In this document: piece by piece, positions 50,433-63,367 of the stretch
Layout: every line of letters starts with the position of its first letter
Numbering within the stretch: the stretch's first letter is position 1
Origin: an uncultured Oscillospiraceae bacterium
GTDB lineage: Bacteria; Bacillota; Clostridia; Oscillospirales; Acutalibacteraceae
DNA length: 64,000 bases
NCBI GenBank assembly: GCA_900540535.1
Contig: UQGM01000001.1
Location: 30,148-94,147 of the forward strand
Direction of reading: 5' to 3'
Program-made: the position numbers and the translations under genes
Notes under the pieces: generated by a model
Database searches by the model: none
What the model was told of the DNA's origin: nothing
Seen by the model: the letters and a program-made list of their open reading frames with translations, nothing else

Positions 50433-50951
50433 TTATATTTCGCCTTCATATTCCATTGACCGCATACGCATACTTCCATCCAATTTTTGAAATTCACCAT
50501 ATCTCACAAAATGCAGTCCGCATTTCTTCATGACATTTCCGGATGCAAGATTCGGTTCACAATGAGATGATGCAAATTTTCGTGCTCCAAAATTTCTATG
50601 TACATAATTTATCATCGCTTTTGTAGCTTCCGTAGCATATCCCATTCCCCAGCAATCATATCGAAAATTATAGCCGAATACCCAATATCCTTTTTTGTCA
50701 TCAAAACCTATATCTCCGCTTCCAATCAATTTTCCGTCGGAAATACGCTCAAATCCAAAATTATATGTACTTTTATCCTGTTCAGCAAAGGAAAGCCATT
50801 TTTTCACTTGCTCTATATCTGTATATGTGTTATAAACCATGTATTTTGAAACTCGTTCATCGCTAACCCATTCAAATACATCATTTGCGTCGGAAATTTT
50901 TAAAGGGCGTAATAGTAGACGATCTGTTTTTATATAAATTTCATTACTCAT
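50433..50951 (-). CDS. GNAT-family N-acetyltransferase (RimJ/RimL-like)
   Basis: N-terminal LLLRPLKISDANDVFEWVSDERV. Acetyl-CoA-binding region (Q/R-x-x-G-x-G/A-like). Start likely MSNEIYI. Confidence 0.7.
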   Translation of the reverse strand: MSNEIYIKTDRLLLRPLKISDANDVFEWVSDERVSKYMVYNTYTDIEQVKKWLSFAEQDKSTYNFGFERISDGKLIGSGDIGFDDKKGYWVFGYNFRYDCWGMGYATEATKAMINYVHRNFGARKFASSHCEPNLASGNVMKKCGLHFVRYGEFQKLDGSMRMRSMEYEGEI

Positions 50952-51288
50952 AGCACTTTTTCCTTCCTTTTGCAAATTTGTATTTACTAAACTTTTAACA
51001 ATTGCATTATAACATTTAGGTATAAATTTTTCTATTGTTTCTATACTTTTAAAAATAGCAGCGATGTTCCCTTATCGATAGTCACTAAGAATGAAATTTG
51101 ACAATCCACGATAAGGGCTCTTTTATTTACAGACGAAAAGTGAGGAAAGTTTTGCTTTAGAAAATTACTGTTTCCTGCATTGATTTCCATATCTTAATGT
51201 TTTAACAATCCAATTGAACTGTTATTTTTAAATGGTTAAGTATTAAAGAATGCGCAACTGTGAGAAAAATGTGGAAAATCAGGTATAA

Positions 51289-51885
51289 TGTTTCACGTGA
51301 AACAGTGGCTTAGTCTGTGCCGCTCATGCCGTGGCGAGATCAACTTGCAGCTTCTTACCCGCACTTTAATAAATGATAAAGTTTCGCCACTCATGCCGCA
51401 GCAGGGCACATACTTTTGCCCGTAGCGAGCAAAGTCAAGCAAAAACGCATTTGCAGCGGTGTACCGCCGCTTTGCCAAAACAAAAAGCATTAATCAGCGC
51501 AATGTCAGTTTTCTCCTACACGCTCTCCGACGGCAGCTTGGAGGGATTCTTTATATCACCGTCAAAGTGTAAACGTTTTACCGCTTACCACATTCTTTCA
51601 TTTGCCGTCGGTTAGGAACAGCAAGCGTTCGCCAATTCACGTCGGCAGTTTGGAGGGGTACGTTTTATCACCTACAAAGCGTAAACGCTGTACTGCTATC
51701 CATATCTTTTCCCTTGCCGACGTGTGCGGCTGTCGGGGAGTGGGTTTTATGTTGTTCTTTGGTTTCTGCTCTTTGTTTTGTAGTTTACATATAACTTTAT
51801 CTCAGGAATTAATATTTATTTTTAGCTGTCATTTGGTGTGCGACTTGAGTACAGCGTCACGCTGCGTTTCACGTGAAACATTTCA
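51289..51885 (-). repeat. Copy R5 of the modular repeat family (reverse orientation), bounded at both ends by the 14-bp palindrome GTTTCACGTGAAAC
   Basis: Reverse complements of the end motif, of the two long stem-loops (CCGACGGCAG...CTGCCGTCGG; CACGTCGGCAG...CTGCCGACGTG) and of a GCAGCGTGACGCTG A-module. GTTTCACGTGAAAC at 51291 and 51869. Confidence 0.85.
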
Positions 51886-51960
51886 ATTTTTTTCGTTAAA
51901 TCCTTTATCTTTTACAGTGGTTGTGATATAATTTTTTAACAGATAGAGGAGTGTTATTTA

Positions 51961-52737
51961 ATGAGTAAAATTGTTGCAATTTTCAACCAAAAGGGAGGGG
52001 TTGGCAAGACAACCACTGCCGTAAACCTTGCCGCTGCAATCGGTGCATACGGCTATAAGGTTCTTCTTGTGGATATCGACCCCCAGGGCAACTCCACCAG
52101 CGGATTGGGTATTAACAAAAGAGAGCTTGCCAAATCAACCTATGATATGCTTATTCACGGCGTATCTGCAAAGGATATCCTTATTAAGACAAAGTTTGAA
52201 AATCTCTGGCTGCTTCCGGCAAACATGAATCTTGCCGCCGCCGATTTGGAGCTTGTCTACATGGAGAAGCGTGAGAGCTGTCTCAGACAGGCTATTGCTC
52301 CAATGATTGCTGACTATGATTTTATTTTCCTTGACTGTCCGCCTTCACTGGGACTTATCTCCCTTAACGCAATGGCAGCAACGGATACTATTATAGTTCC
52401 CATCCAGTGCGAATACTTTGCCCTTGAGGGTATGGCACAGCTTATGTCAACTGTTCGTCAGGTAAAGAGACTTTATAATCCCAACGTTGAGCTTGAGGGA
52501 GTTCTCCTTACAATGTATGACGGCAGACTTAATCTCACTCAGCAGGTTGTTGAGGAAGTAAAGAGATTCTTCCCCAAGAAGGTTTTCACAACTACCATTC
52601 CGAGAAATGTACGTCTTTCCGAAGCTCCCAGCTTTGGCGAACCGGTACTCTACTATGACGGAGCTTCAAAGGGAAGCGAATCCTATAACGACCTTGCAAA
52701 AGAATTTCTTAAAATGAACGGATTGGAAGCTAAATAA
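51961..52737 (+). CDS. parA: Chromosome partitioning ATPase ParA/Soj
   Basis: Deviant Walker A KGGVGKTT. 258 aa. Confidence 0.95.
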   Translation: MSKIVAIFNQKGGVGKTTTAVNLAAAIGAYGYKVLLVDIDPQGNSTSGLGINKRELAKSTYDMLIHGVSAKDILIKTKFENLWLLPANMNLAAADLELVYMEKRESCLRQAIAPMIADYDFIFLDCPPSLGLISLNAMAATDTIIVPIQCEYFALEGMAQLMSTVRQVKRLYNPNVELEGVLLTMYDGRLNLTQQVVEEVKRFFPKKVFTTTIPRNVRLSEAPSFGEPVLYYDGASKGSESYNDLAKEFLKMNGLEAK

Positions 52738-52774
52738 AACATATTATAGATATATATAAATATAAAATGAGGAG

Positions 52775-53638
52775 ATGCTTATGGCAAAAAAGAGAGAGGC
52801 GCTCGGTCACGGACTTGACGCTCTGTTTATGAGTAACTCCATAGAGGAGAGCAGCGCATCGGGCGCTGTTAAACTGAGCATCAACGAGATTGAGCCCAAC
52901 AAATCACAGCCGAGAAAATCCTTTGATGAGAAAGCACTTTCGGAGCTTGCAGACTCCATTGCCGAACACGGAATAATCCAGCCCCTTCTTGTAAGACCCA
53001 TGGCGGAAGGCGGATATCAGATTGTGGCCGGTGAAAGACGCTGGAGAGCATCAAGGCTTGCGGGACTAACGGAAGTTCCCGTAGTGATAAAGGATCTCAC
53101 CGACAGGGAGACAATGGAGATTGCTCTTATTGAGAATCTTCAGCGAGAGGATCTGAATCCCATTGAAGAGGCAGAGGGAATAGAGCTTCTTATTAAGGAA
53201 TACGGACTTACTCAGGAAATCGCAGCGGAGCGTGTGGGAAAATCACGTTCGGCGGTTACAAATTCACTCAGACTTTTGAATCTTCCTCCCAGTGTAAGGG
53301 AGCTTGCAAGAGACAATAAAATTTCCGCAGGTCATGCCAGAGCTTTGCTTGCATTTTCCGATGAAGAAAAGATCATAGAAACTGCAAAGCTTATAATGGA
53401 AAAAGGTATATCGGTTCGTGAAACCGAAAGGCTTGCAAAGGAAGCGTCGAAGGATACAGAAGGCAAAGTACGTCAGCCAAAGCGCAGAGATGTATTTTAT
53501 GATGAAGTTGAAATCGCTCTTTCACAGAATCTCGGAAGAAAAGTAAAGATTAATTCCGGACGCAAGGGCGGCACAATAGTGCTGGAGTATTTTGACAAGG
53601 ACGATCTTACAAAAATAGCAAAAATGCTTGAAGAATAA
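52775..53638 (+). CDS. parB: Chromosome partitioning protein ParB/Spo0J
   Basis: ParB box [12 protein letters not shown]-terminal dimerisation region. Confidence 0.95.
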   Translation: MLMAKKREALGHGLDALFMSNSIEESSASGAVKLSINEIEPNKSQPRKSFDEKALSELADSIAEHGIIQPLLVRPMAEGGYQIVAGERRWRASRLAGLTEVPVVIKDLTDRETMEIALIENLQREDLNPIEEAEGIELLIKEYGLTQEIAAERVGKSRSAVTNSLRLLNLPPSVRELARDNKISAGHARALLAFSDEEKIIETAKLIMEKGISVRETERLAKEASKDTEGKVRQPKRRDVFYDEVEIALSQNLGRKVKINSGRKGGTIVLEYFDKDDLTKIAKMLEE

Positions 53639-53651
53639 AGGGGACTTAAAA

Positions 53652-54923
53652 ATGCTTGATATCAGAGTAATAAGAGAAAATCCTGAAAAGGTAAAGGCAG
53701 CAATGAAGAGCCGCAACAAGGATATGGATGCACAGGTTGACCGTGTTCTCCAGATAGATGCGGCACGCAGAGAGCTTATGGGAAAAGCTGATGCGCTCAA
53801 AGCTGAGCAGAATGCAGCAAGCAAGGAAATTCCGAGAATCAAAAAAGAGGGCGGCGACATTTCAGAGATCATGAGCCGCATGAATGAGATTAAGGAATCC
53901 GTTAAAAAGCTTGATGCAGAGCTTGCAGAGCTCGATGCAGCACAGAAATCACTTATGTATGAATTCCCCAACATCCCCAACGAGAGAGTACCTGTTGGTA
54001 AGGATGACAGCGAAAACGTAGAGGTTCGTCGCTGGGGTGAGCCTACAAAGTTTGATTTCGAGCCCAAAGCTCACTGGGATATCGGTGCAGATCTTGGAAT
54101 ACTTGATCCTGAAACAGCAGCAAAGGTTACAGGTGCAAGATTCCATTTCTATAAGGATTTAGGTGCAAGACTCGAAAGAGCAATCATGAACTTCTTCCTC
54201 AACACCCACACAGCCAATGGATACACAGAGGTTTTCCCGCCCTATATGGTAAACCGTGCATCCATGACAGGTACAGGTCAGCTTCCGAAGTTTGAAGAGG
54301 ATGCTTTCAAAATCACCAATGATGACTATTTCCTTATTCCCACAGCAGAAGTTCCCGTTACAAATATGCACAGAGATGAGATTCTCGACGGAACAAAGCT
54401 TCCCATTAAGTATTGCGCTTATTCCGCATGCTTCAGAGCTGAGGCAGGCAGCGCCGGCAGAGATACAAGAGGACTTATCCGTCAGCATCAGTTCAACAAA
54501 GTTGAGCTTGTAAAGTTTGCAAATCCCGAAAATTCCTATGAGGAGCTTGAAAAGCTCACAAACGATGCAGAGAGAGTGCTCCAGCTTCTCGGACTTCCTT
54601 ACAGAGTTGTAACTCTCAGCACAGGCGATCTCGGATTCAGTTCTGCAAAGACCTATGATATAGAGGTATGGATGCCCTCATACGGTAGATATGTAGAAAT
54701 TTCATCCTGCTCAAACTTTGAGGATTTCCAGGCACGCAGAGCATCAATCAGATTCAAGAACAGCCCCAAGGATAAAGCACAGCTTGTTCATACTCTTAAC
54801 GGTTCAGGTGTTGCAATCGGCAGAACAACCGCAGCTATTCTTGAAAACTATCAGAATGCTGACGGCAGTGTTACAGTTCCCGAAGTTCTCAGACCTTACA
54901 TGGGCGTTGACAAAATCGGCTGA
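53652..54923 (+). CDS. serS: Seryl-tRNA synthetase
   Basis: N-terminal coiled coil [12 protein letters not shown]. Class II motifs ([22 protein letters not shown]). Start at 53652 with AAGGGG RBS. Overlaps the parB 3' end. Confidence 0.95.
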   Translation: MLDIRVIRENPEKVKAAMKSRNKDMDAQVDRVLQIDAARRELMGKADALKAEQNAASKEIPRIKKEGGDISEIMSRMNEIKESVKKLDAELAELDAAQKSLMYEFPNIPNERVPVGKDDSENVEVRRWGEPTKFDFEPKAHWDIGADLGILDPETAAKVTGARFHFYKDLGARLERAIMNFFLNTHTANGYTEVFPPYMVNRASMTGTGQLPKFEEDAFKITNDDYFLIPTAEVPVTNMHRDEILDGTKLPIKYCAYSACFRAEAGSAGRDTRGLIRQHQFNKVELVKFANPENSYEELEKLTNDAERVLQLLGLPYRVVTLSTGDLGFSSAKTYDIEVWMPSYGRYVEISSCSNFEDFQARRASIRFKNSPKDKAQLVHTLNGSGVAIGRTTAAILENYQNADGSVTVPEVLRPYMGVDKIG

Positions 54924-54955
54924 TAGTCTTATTTTATCGCAGCAATTAAAAACTA

Positions 54956-54988
54956 AAAACGGCAGCTTTCACGGCTGCCGTTTATTTC
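54956..54988 (+). terminator. Rho-independent terminator after serS
   Basis: AAACGGCAGC-TTTCAC-GGCTGCCGTTT followed by ATTTC. Confidence 0.7.
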
Positions 54989-54989
54989 T

Positions 54990-55745
54990 AGCAGCAGGCT
55001 GAGCCTGCACCCAAGTCGCAGCAGCGTGACGCTGCACCCAATTCGCACACCGGCTGACAGAAACGAGAAACTATACGTGCCTGCGTGCAAACTGAGTTTG
55101 CATCCAAGTTGCACAGCAGGTTAAACCTGCACATAATTCGCACACGGACTTACAGTAATAAGAAAATATAACCGCCTGCGGCGGACACGTCCGCTTTCAA
55201 TTCGCACACCAAGCGTCACCCAAAAATAAATATTAATGCCTGCGATGAAGTTACATGTAAACTAAAAAAGCAAAGAGAAGAAACCCAAGAACCACATAAA
55301 AGCAACTCCCTGACAGTCGCCCACGTCGGCAAGGGAAAAGATATGGCAAGTAGTATAACGTTTGCACTTTGTTGATGATAAAATGTACCCCTCCAAGCTG
55401 CCGACGTGAATTGGTGAACGCTTACACTCACTAACCGACGGCAAGAGAAAAGAATTCGATAGTAAAAAAACGTTTACTGTGCGTTGGTGATAAAAACTAA
55501 TCTTCCAAACTGCCGTCGGAGGGCGTGTGGAAGAAACTTACCTTGCGCTGATTAGTGCTTACTGTTTTGGCAAGGCGGCGGGACTCCGCCGCAAATGCGT
55601 TTTTGCTTCCTTTTGCCGCTATGGGCAAAAGGAAGTGCACGCCACGGCATGAGTGGCGAAACTTTATTATTTATCAGAGTTCAGGTAAGAAGCCGTAAGT
55701 TAATTTCGCCATGGCATAAATGGCAAGACTTACTCGTCTATCAAA
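54990..55745 (+). repeat. Copy R6 of the modular repeat family (forward; best-preserved copy: five-unit A/B array, two 87-nt stem-loops, hairpin-rich 3' body, tandemly duplicated end motif)
   Basis: GCAGGCTGAGCCTGC, GCAGCGTGACGCTGC, GCAAACTGAGTTTGC, GCAGGTTAAACCTGC and GCGGACACGTCCGC, each followed by ACCCAAGTCGCA-like tails. Stem-loops 55322..55408 and 55434..55520. GCGGCGGGACTCCGCCGC and TTCCTTTTGCCGCTATGGGCAAAAGGAA hairpins. Confidence 0.9.
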
Positions 55746-55855
55746 GTAAAAATGAAGAAGCAAAATAACATATAATATCTTTATCACATTTTCTTACATC
55801 CAACATTAAAACTTTAACCTTGAAAATTACTGCCATGTACAGGCAGTGTATATAA

Positions 55856-59341
<3,486 letters not shown>

Positions 59342-59353
59342 TATATAGCAAAT

Positions 59354-59387
59354 AAATCCCGCAGTGAAAAAACTGCGGGATTTATTC
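59354..59387 (+). terminator. Rho-independent terminator after the beta-galactosidase gene
   Basis: AAATCCCGCAGT-GAAAAA-ACTGCGGGATTT followed by ATTC. Confidence 0.7.
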
Positions 59388-59459
59388 TACTCTACTAAAG
59401 GTAGGTTGACTTAAAGGAGAAAAGGAATATAAAATAAGTAATGTAAGGAGGGAGCTTTT

Positions 59460-60326
59460 ATGAACGCTTTGGAAACGGGAAAATTTATTTCATTAAAACG
59501 CAGGGAAAAGGGGATTACGCAAAAAGAGCTTGCGGAAAAGTTAGGAGTAACCGATAAAGCTGTTTCAAAATGGGAAACAGGACGAGGAATGCCCGATGTT
59601 TCCGTACTGGAAAACTTGTCAAAGGAACTTGAAGTTTCTGTAAGTGAAATTTTGAACGGCGGAGAAGTGGAAAGAGAACTTCTGCCGGAAACTGCCGATA
59701 AAATCATAGTTGATACAATGAAAGACAGCAGCAAAAAGGTGAGCAGAAAGCGGCTCATGGCCATAGGTGCAGGAGTTGCGGCTTCGATTTTAATAATCTG
59801 TGTTTTGATTTTCTCTTACCTTTTTTCTCGAACGGTAGCTCCTGATGACATTAAAACACTTGATAAAAATATTAATAATTATCTTTCTTTCAGATACAGT
59901 GATGAAAGGGCGCAGGTTCTTGAGGCAAAAAATGAGCAGGACAAATTAGTAGTGCTCTATACCCATGAAGGTGCGAACGGACTTTATATTTATAATGAAA
60001 GCCGTATTTTTCCGGGACGTTATAATGAAGATTTGGTAATGGAAATAATGCCCCAGAAAAACGGAGAAATTAACTATTTTTTATTTGTAGATGACGGTAA
60101 AACCGTAATGATGGTTGCAGGTGTAGAGCTGCCGAAAGAAGCCTGTTATTATTCTGCCGAGTTTTTCGGAATGGAACAAATATTCAAAATAGAGAACAAT
60201 GAAAAATTCCTTGACTTATATGTTTATGAGGGACGTGATGATCTTTCTCTTACCAGACTTTTAAATAAGGATAAAAAACCACTCTATGACGATTTTGGAA
60301 ATAAAATAGAGGAGAACTGGAAATGA
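59460..60326 (+). CDS. Membrane-tethered XRE-family HTH regulator (N-terminal Cro/C1 HTH, one TM helix, extracytoplasmic C-terminal domain)
   Basis: ITQKELAEKLGVTDKAVSKWETGRGMPDVSVLENLSKEL HTH. TM helix LMAIGAGVAASILIICVLIF. About 170 aa C-terminal domain. Confidence 0.7.
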   Translation: MNALETGKFISLKRREKGITQKELAEKLGVTDKAVSKWETGRGMPDVSVLENLSKELEVSVSEILNGGEVERELLPETADKIIVDTMKDSSKKVSRKRLMAIGAGVAASILIICVLIFSYLFSRTVAPDDIKTLDKNINNYLSFRYSDERAQVLEAKNEQDKLVVLYTHEGANGLYIYNESRIFPGRYNEDLVMEIMPQKNGEINYFLFVDDGKTVMMVAGVELPKEACYYSAEFFGMEQIFKIENNEKFLDLYVYEGRDDLSLTRLLNKDKKPLYDDFGNKIEENWK

Positions 60327-60928
60327 AAACAGTACTGAAGAAATCAAAAAGGATAACAGTATGCGTACTTCTGGTTTTGGCAGCAGCGATTTTGATACCA
60401 TACGCTGTTTATGAATGTACTACTTACTCTTCTGAGGGTGCACGGCAGTATGCTGCTGAGCTCAGCGACAGAAAGGCAACTGATTTTTTCTGGTGCAGTA
60501 TAGATGAAAAAGTTTACTATATACCTGAAAACGGGGATCATACAAAACCCCAGGAGATGTTTGTTTTTACGCAGCTGTCGCTGGATGCCAGACAAAAATT
60601 TGAAGCTGCTGCGAAAATGGGTGATAATGTCGGAGTGTATGTCTATCCGTCACCCCAAGGTGAAAAATATGATTTGCCTTTGGAAAACAGGGTGTTTTTC
60701 TCTGCCAATGAAAAACGCATTTCAAAGTGCGTATATATTATCAGTACAAACGGTATTGAAAAAACCTATGAAAAGTCATTTATTGATGAATCGCCGATGA
60801 TTTTTCAAATAGAAAATATCGGCGAAGCTTTTAATGTAACAACAAAAATCATAAACGTAAAGTTTTACGACAGGGACGGAAATCTTGTAGAAGAGTTTGA
60901 CACTCCGGATCATGACAATCGATACTGA
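60323..60928 (+). CDS. Hypothetical signal-anchored/secreted protein translationally coupled to the XRE-TM regulator
   Basis: ATGA overlap with the upstream gene. N-terminal hydrophobic helix VCVLLVLAAAILIPYAVY. No known motif. Confidence 0.45.
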   Translation: MKTVLKKSKRITVCVLLVLAAAILIPYAVYECTTYSSEGARQYAAELSDRKATDFFWCSIDEKVYYIPENGDHTKPQEMFVFTQLSLDARQKFEAAAKMGDNVGVYVYPSPQGEKYDLPLENRVFFSANEKRISKCVYIISTNGIEKTYEKSFIDESPMIFQIENIGEAFNVTTKIINVKFYDRDGNLVEEFDTPDHDNRY

Positions 60929-61049
60929 ATTTACTGATAATTTTTGCATCAGTTGTAGGGGAAGTAACCTTTAAAAACAGAGATAAACCTTTATACTAAA
61001 ATCAAATCCGCCGAGGACCCATCAAAGTGATGACAATCTCGGCGGATTT

Positions 61050-61415
61050 TTACATTTTATCTATCAGTGCAAATATAGCGTCCTGCTGTTCGCTGCTGAG
61101 TCTTGACCAGCGCTCCAAAAGTTTTTTCTGCCTGTCAGTTAAGGAAACCGGTGTATCTTCTTCTGCAAAAAGCTGAGATAGGGTGATACCGAAAGCTGTA
61201 CAGATTTTTTCCAAAGACGGAACTGTGGGAATCATGTTTTTGCGGTACCAAGAGGAAATTGTGGACTGGGGCAAACCTGAGCGTTCTGCAAGCTGATACT
61301 CAGTCCAGCCCCGATCTTCACGGTATGCAGTTATTATAGAAAGAATATCTTTCATTTGTTTTACTTCCTGACACGATTTTTCACGCTTATTACTTTTAAA
61401 ATGATTATTATCCAT
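61050..61415 (-). CDS. XRE-family HTH transcriptional regulator
   Basis: 121 aa. HTH motif WTEYQLAERSGLPQSTISSWYRKNMIPTVPSLEKICTAFGITLSQL. Confidence 0.7.
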   Translation of the reverse strand: MDNNHFKSNKREKSCQEVKQMKDILSIITAYREDRGWTEYQLAERSGLPQSTISSWYRKNMIPTVPSLEKICTAFGITLSQLFAEEDTPVSLTDRQKKLLERWSRLSSEQQDAIFALIDKM

Positions 61416-61574
61416 ACAAAATTATACACGAAAATTATATAAGAAAAAATAAAAACCTCAAACAAATTTACCTTATTGCTCTGAACCCCTTGCAATACGC
61501 TCAGTTAAATGATATTTTAATTTACGCATGGATTTTTAAAACAGTGAAATTTAATCAATGAGGTTTTTGTTTTT

Positions 61575-62489
61575 ATGGTTACAGGTTTAACGGCAGGGGT
61601 GCTTTGGGCGCTGGATACAGTTGTTTTAGGTGTGGCTCTGGCTATGACTCCTTTTGTTTCAGGAGAGCAGGCTGCTTTTTTAGCTCCTTTTGTGAGTACG
61701 TTTTTACATGATTTGTGTTCATCGGTGTGGATGCTCATATATACCGGAATAACAAAACAGTTTAAGAATGTTATAAGAGCGTTAAAAACGAGAAGCGGAA
61801 AGTTCATTCTCATAGCCGCAGTTTTAGGCGGACCTGTTGGAATGTCAGGTTACGTTGCGGCGATTAAATATATCGGTCCTGCATATACAGCGATTATTTC
61901 AGCAATGTATCCCGCACTGGGTGCTTTTCTGTCATTTATCTTTTTAAAGGAAAAAATGCGTCCCGTACAGATAGCGGGACTCGTTGCTTCAATTTTGGGT
62001 GTTGTTGCTCTCGGATATGAACCGGGAGGGGAAAGACCTGAAAACTTTGTTTTAGGTTTTGTTTGCGCTTTGCTTTGCTGTGTAGGCTGGGCATCTGAGG
62101 GAGTAATCTGCGCCTACGGAATGAAGGATCCACAGGTGAGCAACTCTCATGCTCTTCAGCTTCGTCAGCTGATGTCGGCTCTCTTTTACGGATTAATAGT
62201 TTTGCCCGTAATCGGAGGATGGAGCTTTACCGTCTCTGCTTTGCCTACTAAAGCTTTCGGATTTATAGCTTTGGCGGCGTTCTTCGGAACGGCATCCTAT
62301 CTTTGCTATTATAAAGCGCTGGGAAATCTGGGAGTATCAAAGGCAATGCCTCTTAATATCACTTATTCCGCCTGGGCAATTGTATTTTCCTTTGTAATTC
62401 TCGGAACAGTTCCGGATTTAAAAAGTATTATCTGCGGCATTGTAATAGTTATGGGTTCTCTTATAGCCGCTGCGGAAAAGAAAAAATAA
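61575..62489 (+). CDS. DMT-superfamily (EamA-like) transporter
   Basis: About 10 predicted TM helices with Gly/Ala-rich EamA-like repeats. Divergent from the XRE regulator. Confidence 0.6.
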   Translation: MVTGLTAGVLWALDTVVLGVALAMTPFVSGEQAAFLAPFVSTFLHDLCSSVWMLIYTGITKQFKNVIRALKTRSGKFILIAAVLGGPVGMSGYVAAIKYIGPAYTAIISAMYPALGAFLSFIFLKEKMRPVQIAGLVASILGVVALGYEPGGERPENFVLGFVCALLCCVGWASEGVICAYGMKDPQVSNSHALQLRQLMSALFYGLIVLPVIGGWSFTVSALPTKAFGFIALAAFFGTASYLCYYKALGNLGVSKAMPLNITYSAWAIVFSFVILGTVPDLKSIICGIVIVMGSLIAAAEKKK

Positions 62490-62651
62490 TATTTTGAAAA
62501 GCTGCGGATTTACGTTTTCGTGTAAATCCGTAATTTTTTGATGGGAGCAAAGTATAATTATTAATCCGTTAAAATATGTTCTGTTATAGTTTACTTTATA
62601 CTTTATTAATATTACAATGGTTCATAACAGTTTATAAGGAGGCAGAAGTGT

Positions 62652-63296
62652 ATGGAAGCTAAGCTTTATACAGTAGGCGAAGAAATATTTAATTCCGTTT
62701 CTCACGGAGTCGGAAGCCTTTTTGCGATTATAGGTTCAACGGTACTTGTGACAATAGCAGCCATGAAGGGTTCAGTAATTGGTGTAGTGGCATTTATTGT
62801 GTACGGTCTTTCAATGGTAATTCTATATACCATGAGCACACTTTACCATGCTTTTCCAATGCCGGGAGTAAAAAAGATTTTCAGAATTTTTGATCATTCT
62901 ACAATTTATATTCTCATTGCAGGAAGCTATACTCCCTTTACCCTTGTTTTGCTTAAGGGTTCAAAAGCAGCTTTGGCTGTATTTATAGCAGTATGGGCGG
63001 CGGCTGTTTTGGGAATTGTGTTAAACTCCATTGATATAAAAAAGTTTACTGTAATTTCAATGGTGCTGTATGTAGTAATGGGCTGGGCGGCAATTTCAAT
63101 TGTAGTGCCTATATATCGTGCTCTGGGCAGCGGATTTTATCTGCTCCTTGCCGGCGGCATAAGCTATACAGCGGGACTTATTTTTTACGGCCTTAAAAAA
63201 GTACGCTACATGCACAGCATCTGGCATCTGTTTGTTTTAGGTGGAACCATCCTTCACTTTTTCTGCATAGCTTTTTATGTTTTGCCTGTTGCATAA
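62652..63296 (+). CDS. Hemolysin III / PAQR-family membrane protein
   Basis: Seven TM. Conserved HlyIII motifs (EIFNSVSHGVG; MSTLYHAF; FDHSTIYILIAGSYTPF; HSIWHLFVLGG). Confidence 0.8.
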   Translation: MEAKLYTVGEEIFNSVSHGVGSLFAIIGSTVLVTIAAMKGSVIGVVAFIVYGLSMVILYTMSTLYHAFPMPGVKKIFRIFDHSTIYILIAGSYTPFTLVLLKGSKAALAVFIAVWAAAVLGIVLNSIDIKKFTVISMVLYVVMGWAAISIVVPIYRALGSGFYLLLAGGISYTAGLIFYGLKKVRYMHSIWHLFVLGGTILHFFCIAFYVLPVA

Positions 63297-63367
63297 GACA
63301 AATTAACACAAAAACATCCCTGTTTACTTAAATGTAAGCAGGGATGTTTTTATAAGCAGATTTATTT

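Noticed and set aside
53522-54067. 181-aa minus-strand ORF overlapping parB/serS, and a possible T-box leader for serS
   Set aside because: The ORF is antisense to the conserved parB C-terminus and serS N-terminus and is spurious. serS starts within the parB 3' end with its own RBS, so there is no room for a T-box leader and no specifier or antiterminator motifs were found.
55000-55260. Possible CRISPR array: regularly spaced palindromic repeats at 55000-55260, 17866-17990 and 13531-13645
   Set aside because: The repeats are not identical; the palindromes vary and the flanks are conserved. The spacer segments are themselves conserved between loci. Unit spacing alternates between about 30 and 65 bp. 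No cas genes are in the window. The same modules recur inside a larger conserved element in both orientations.
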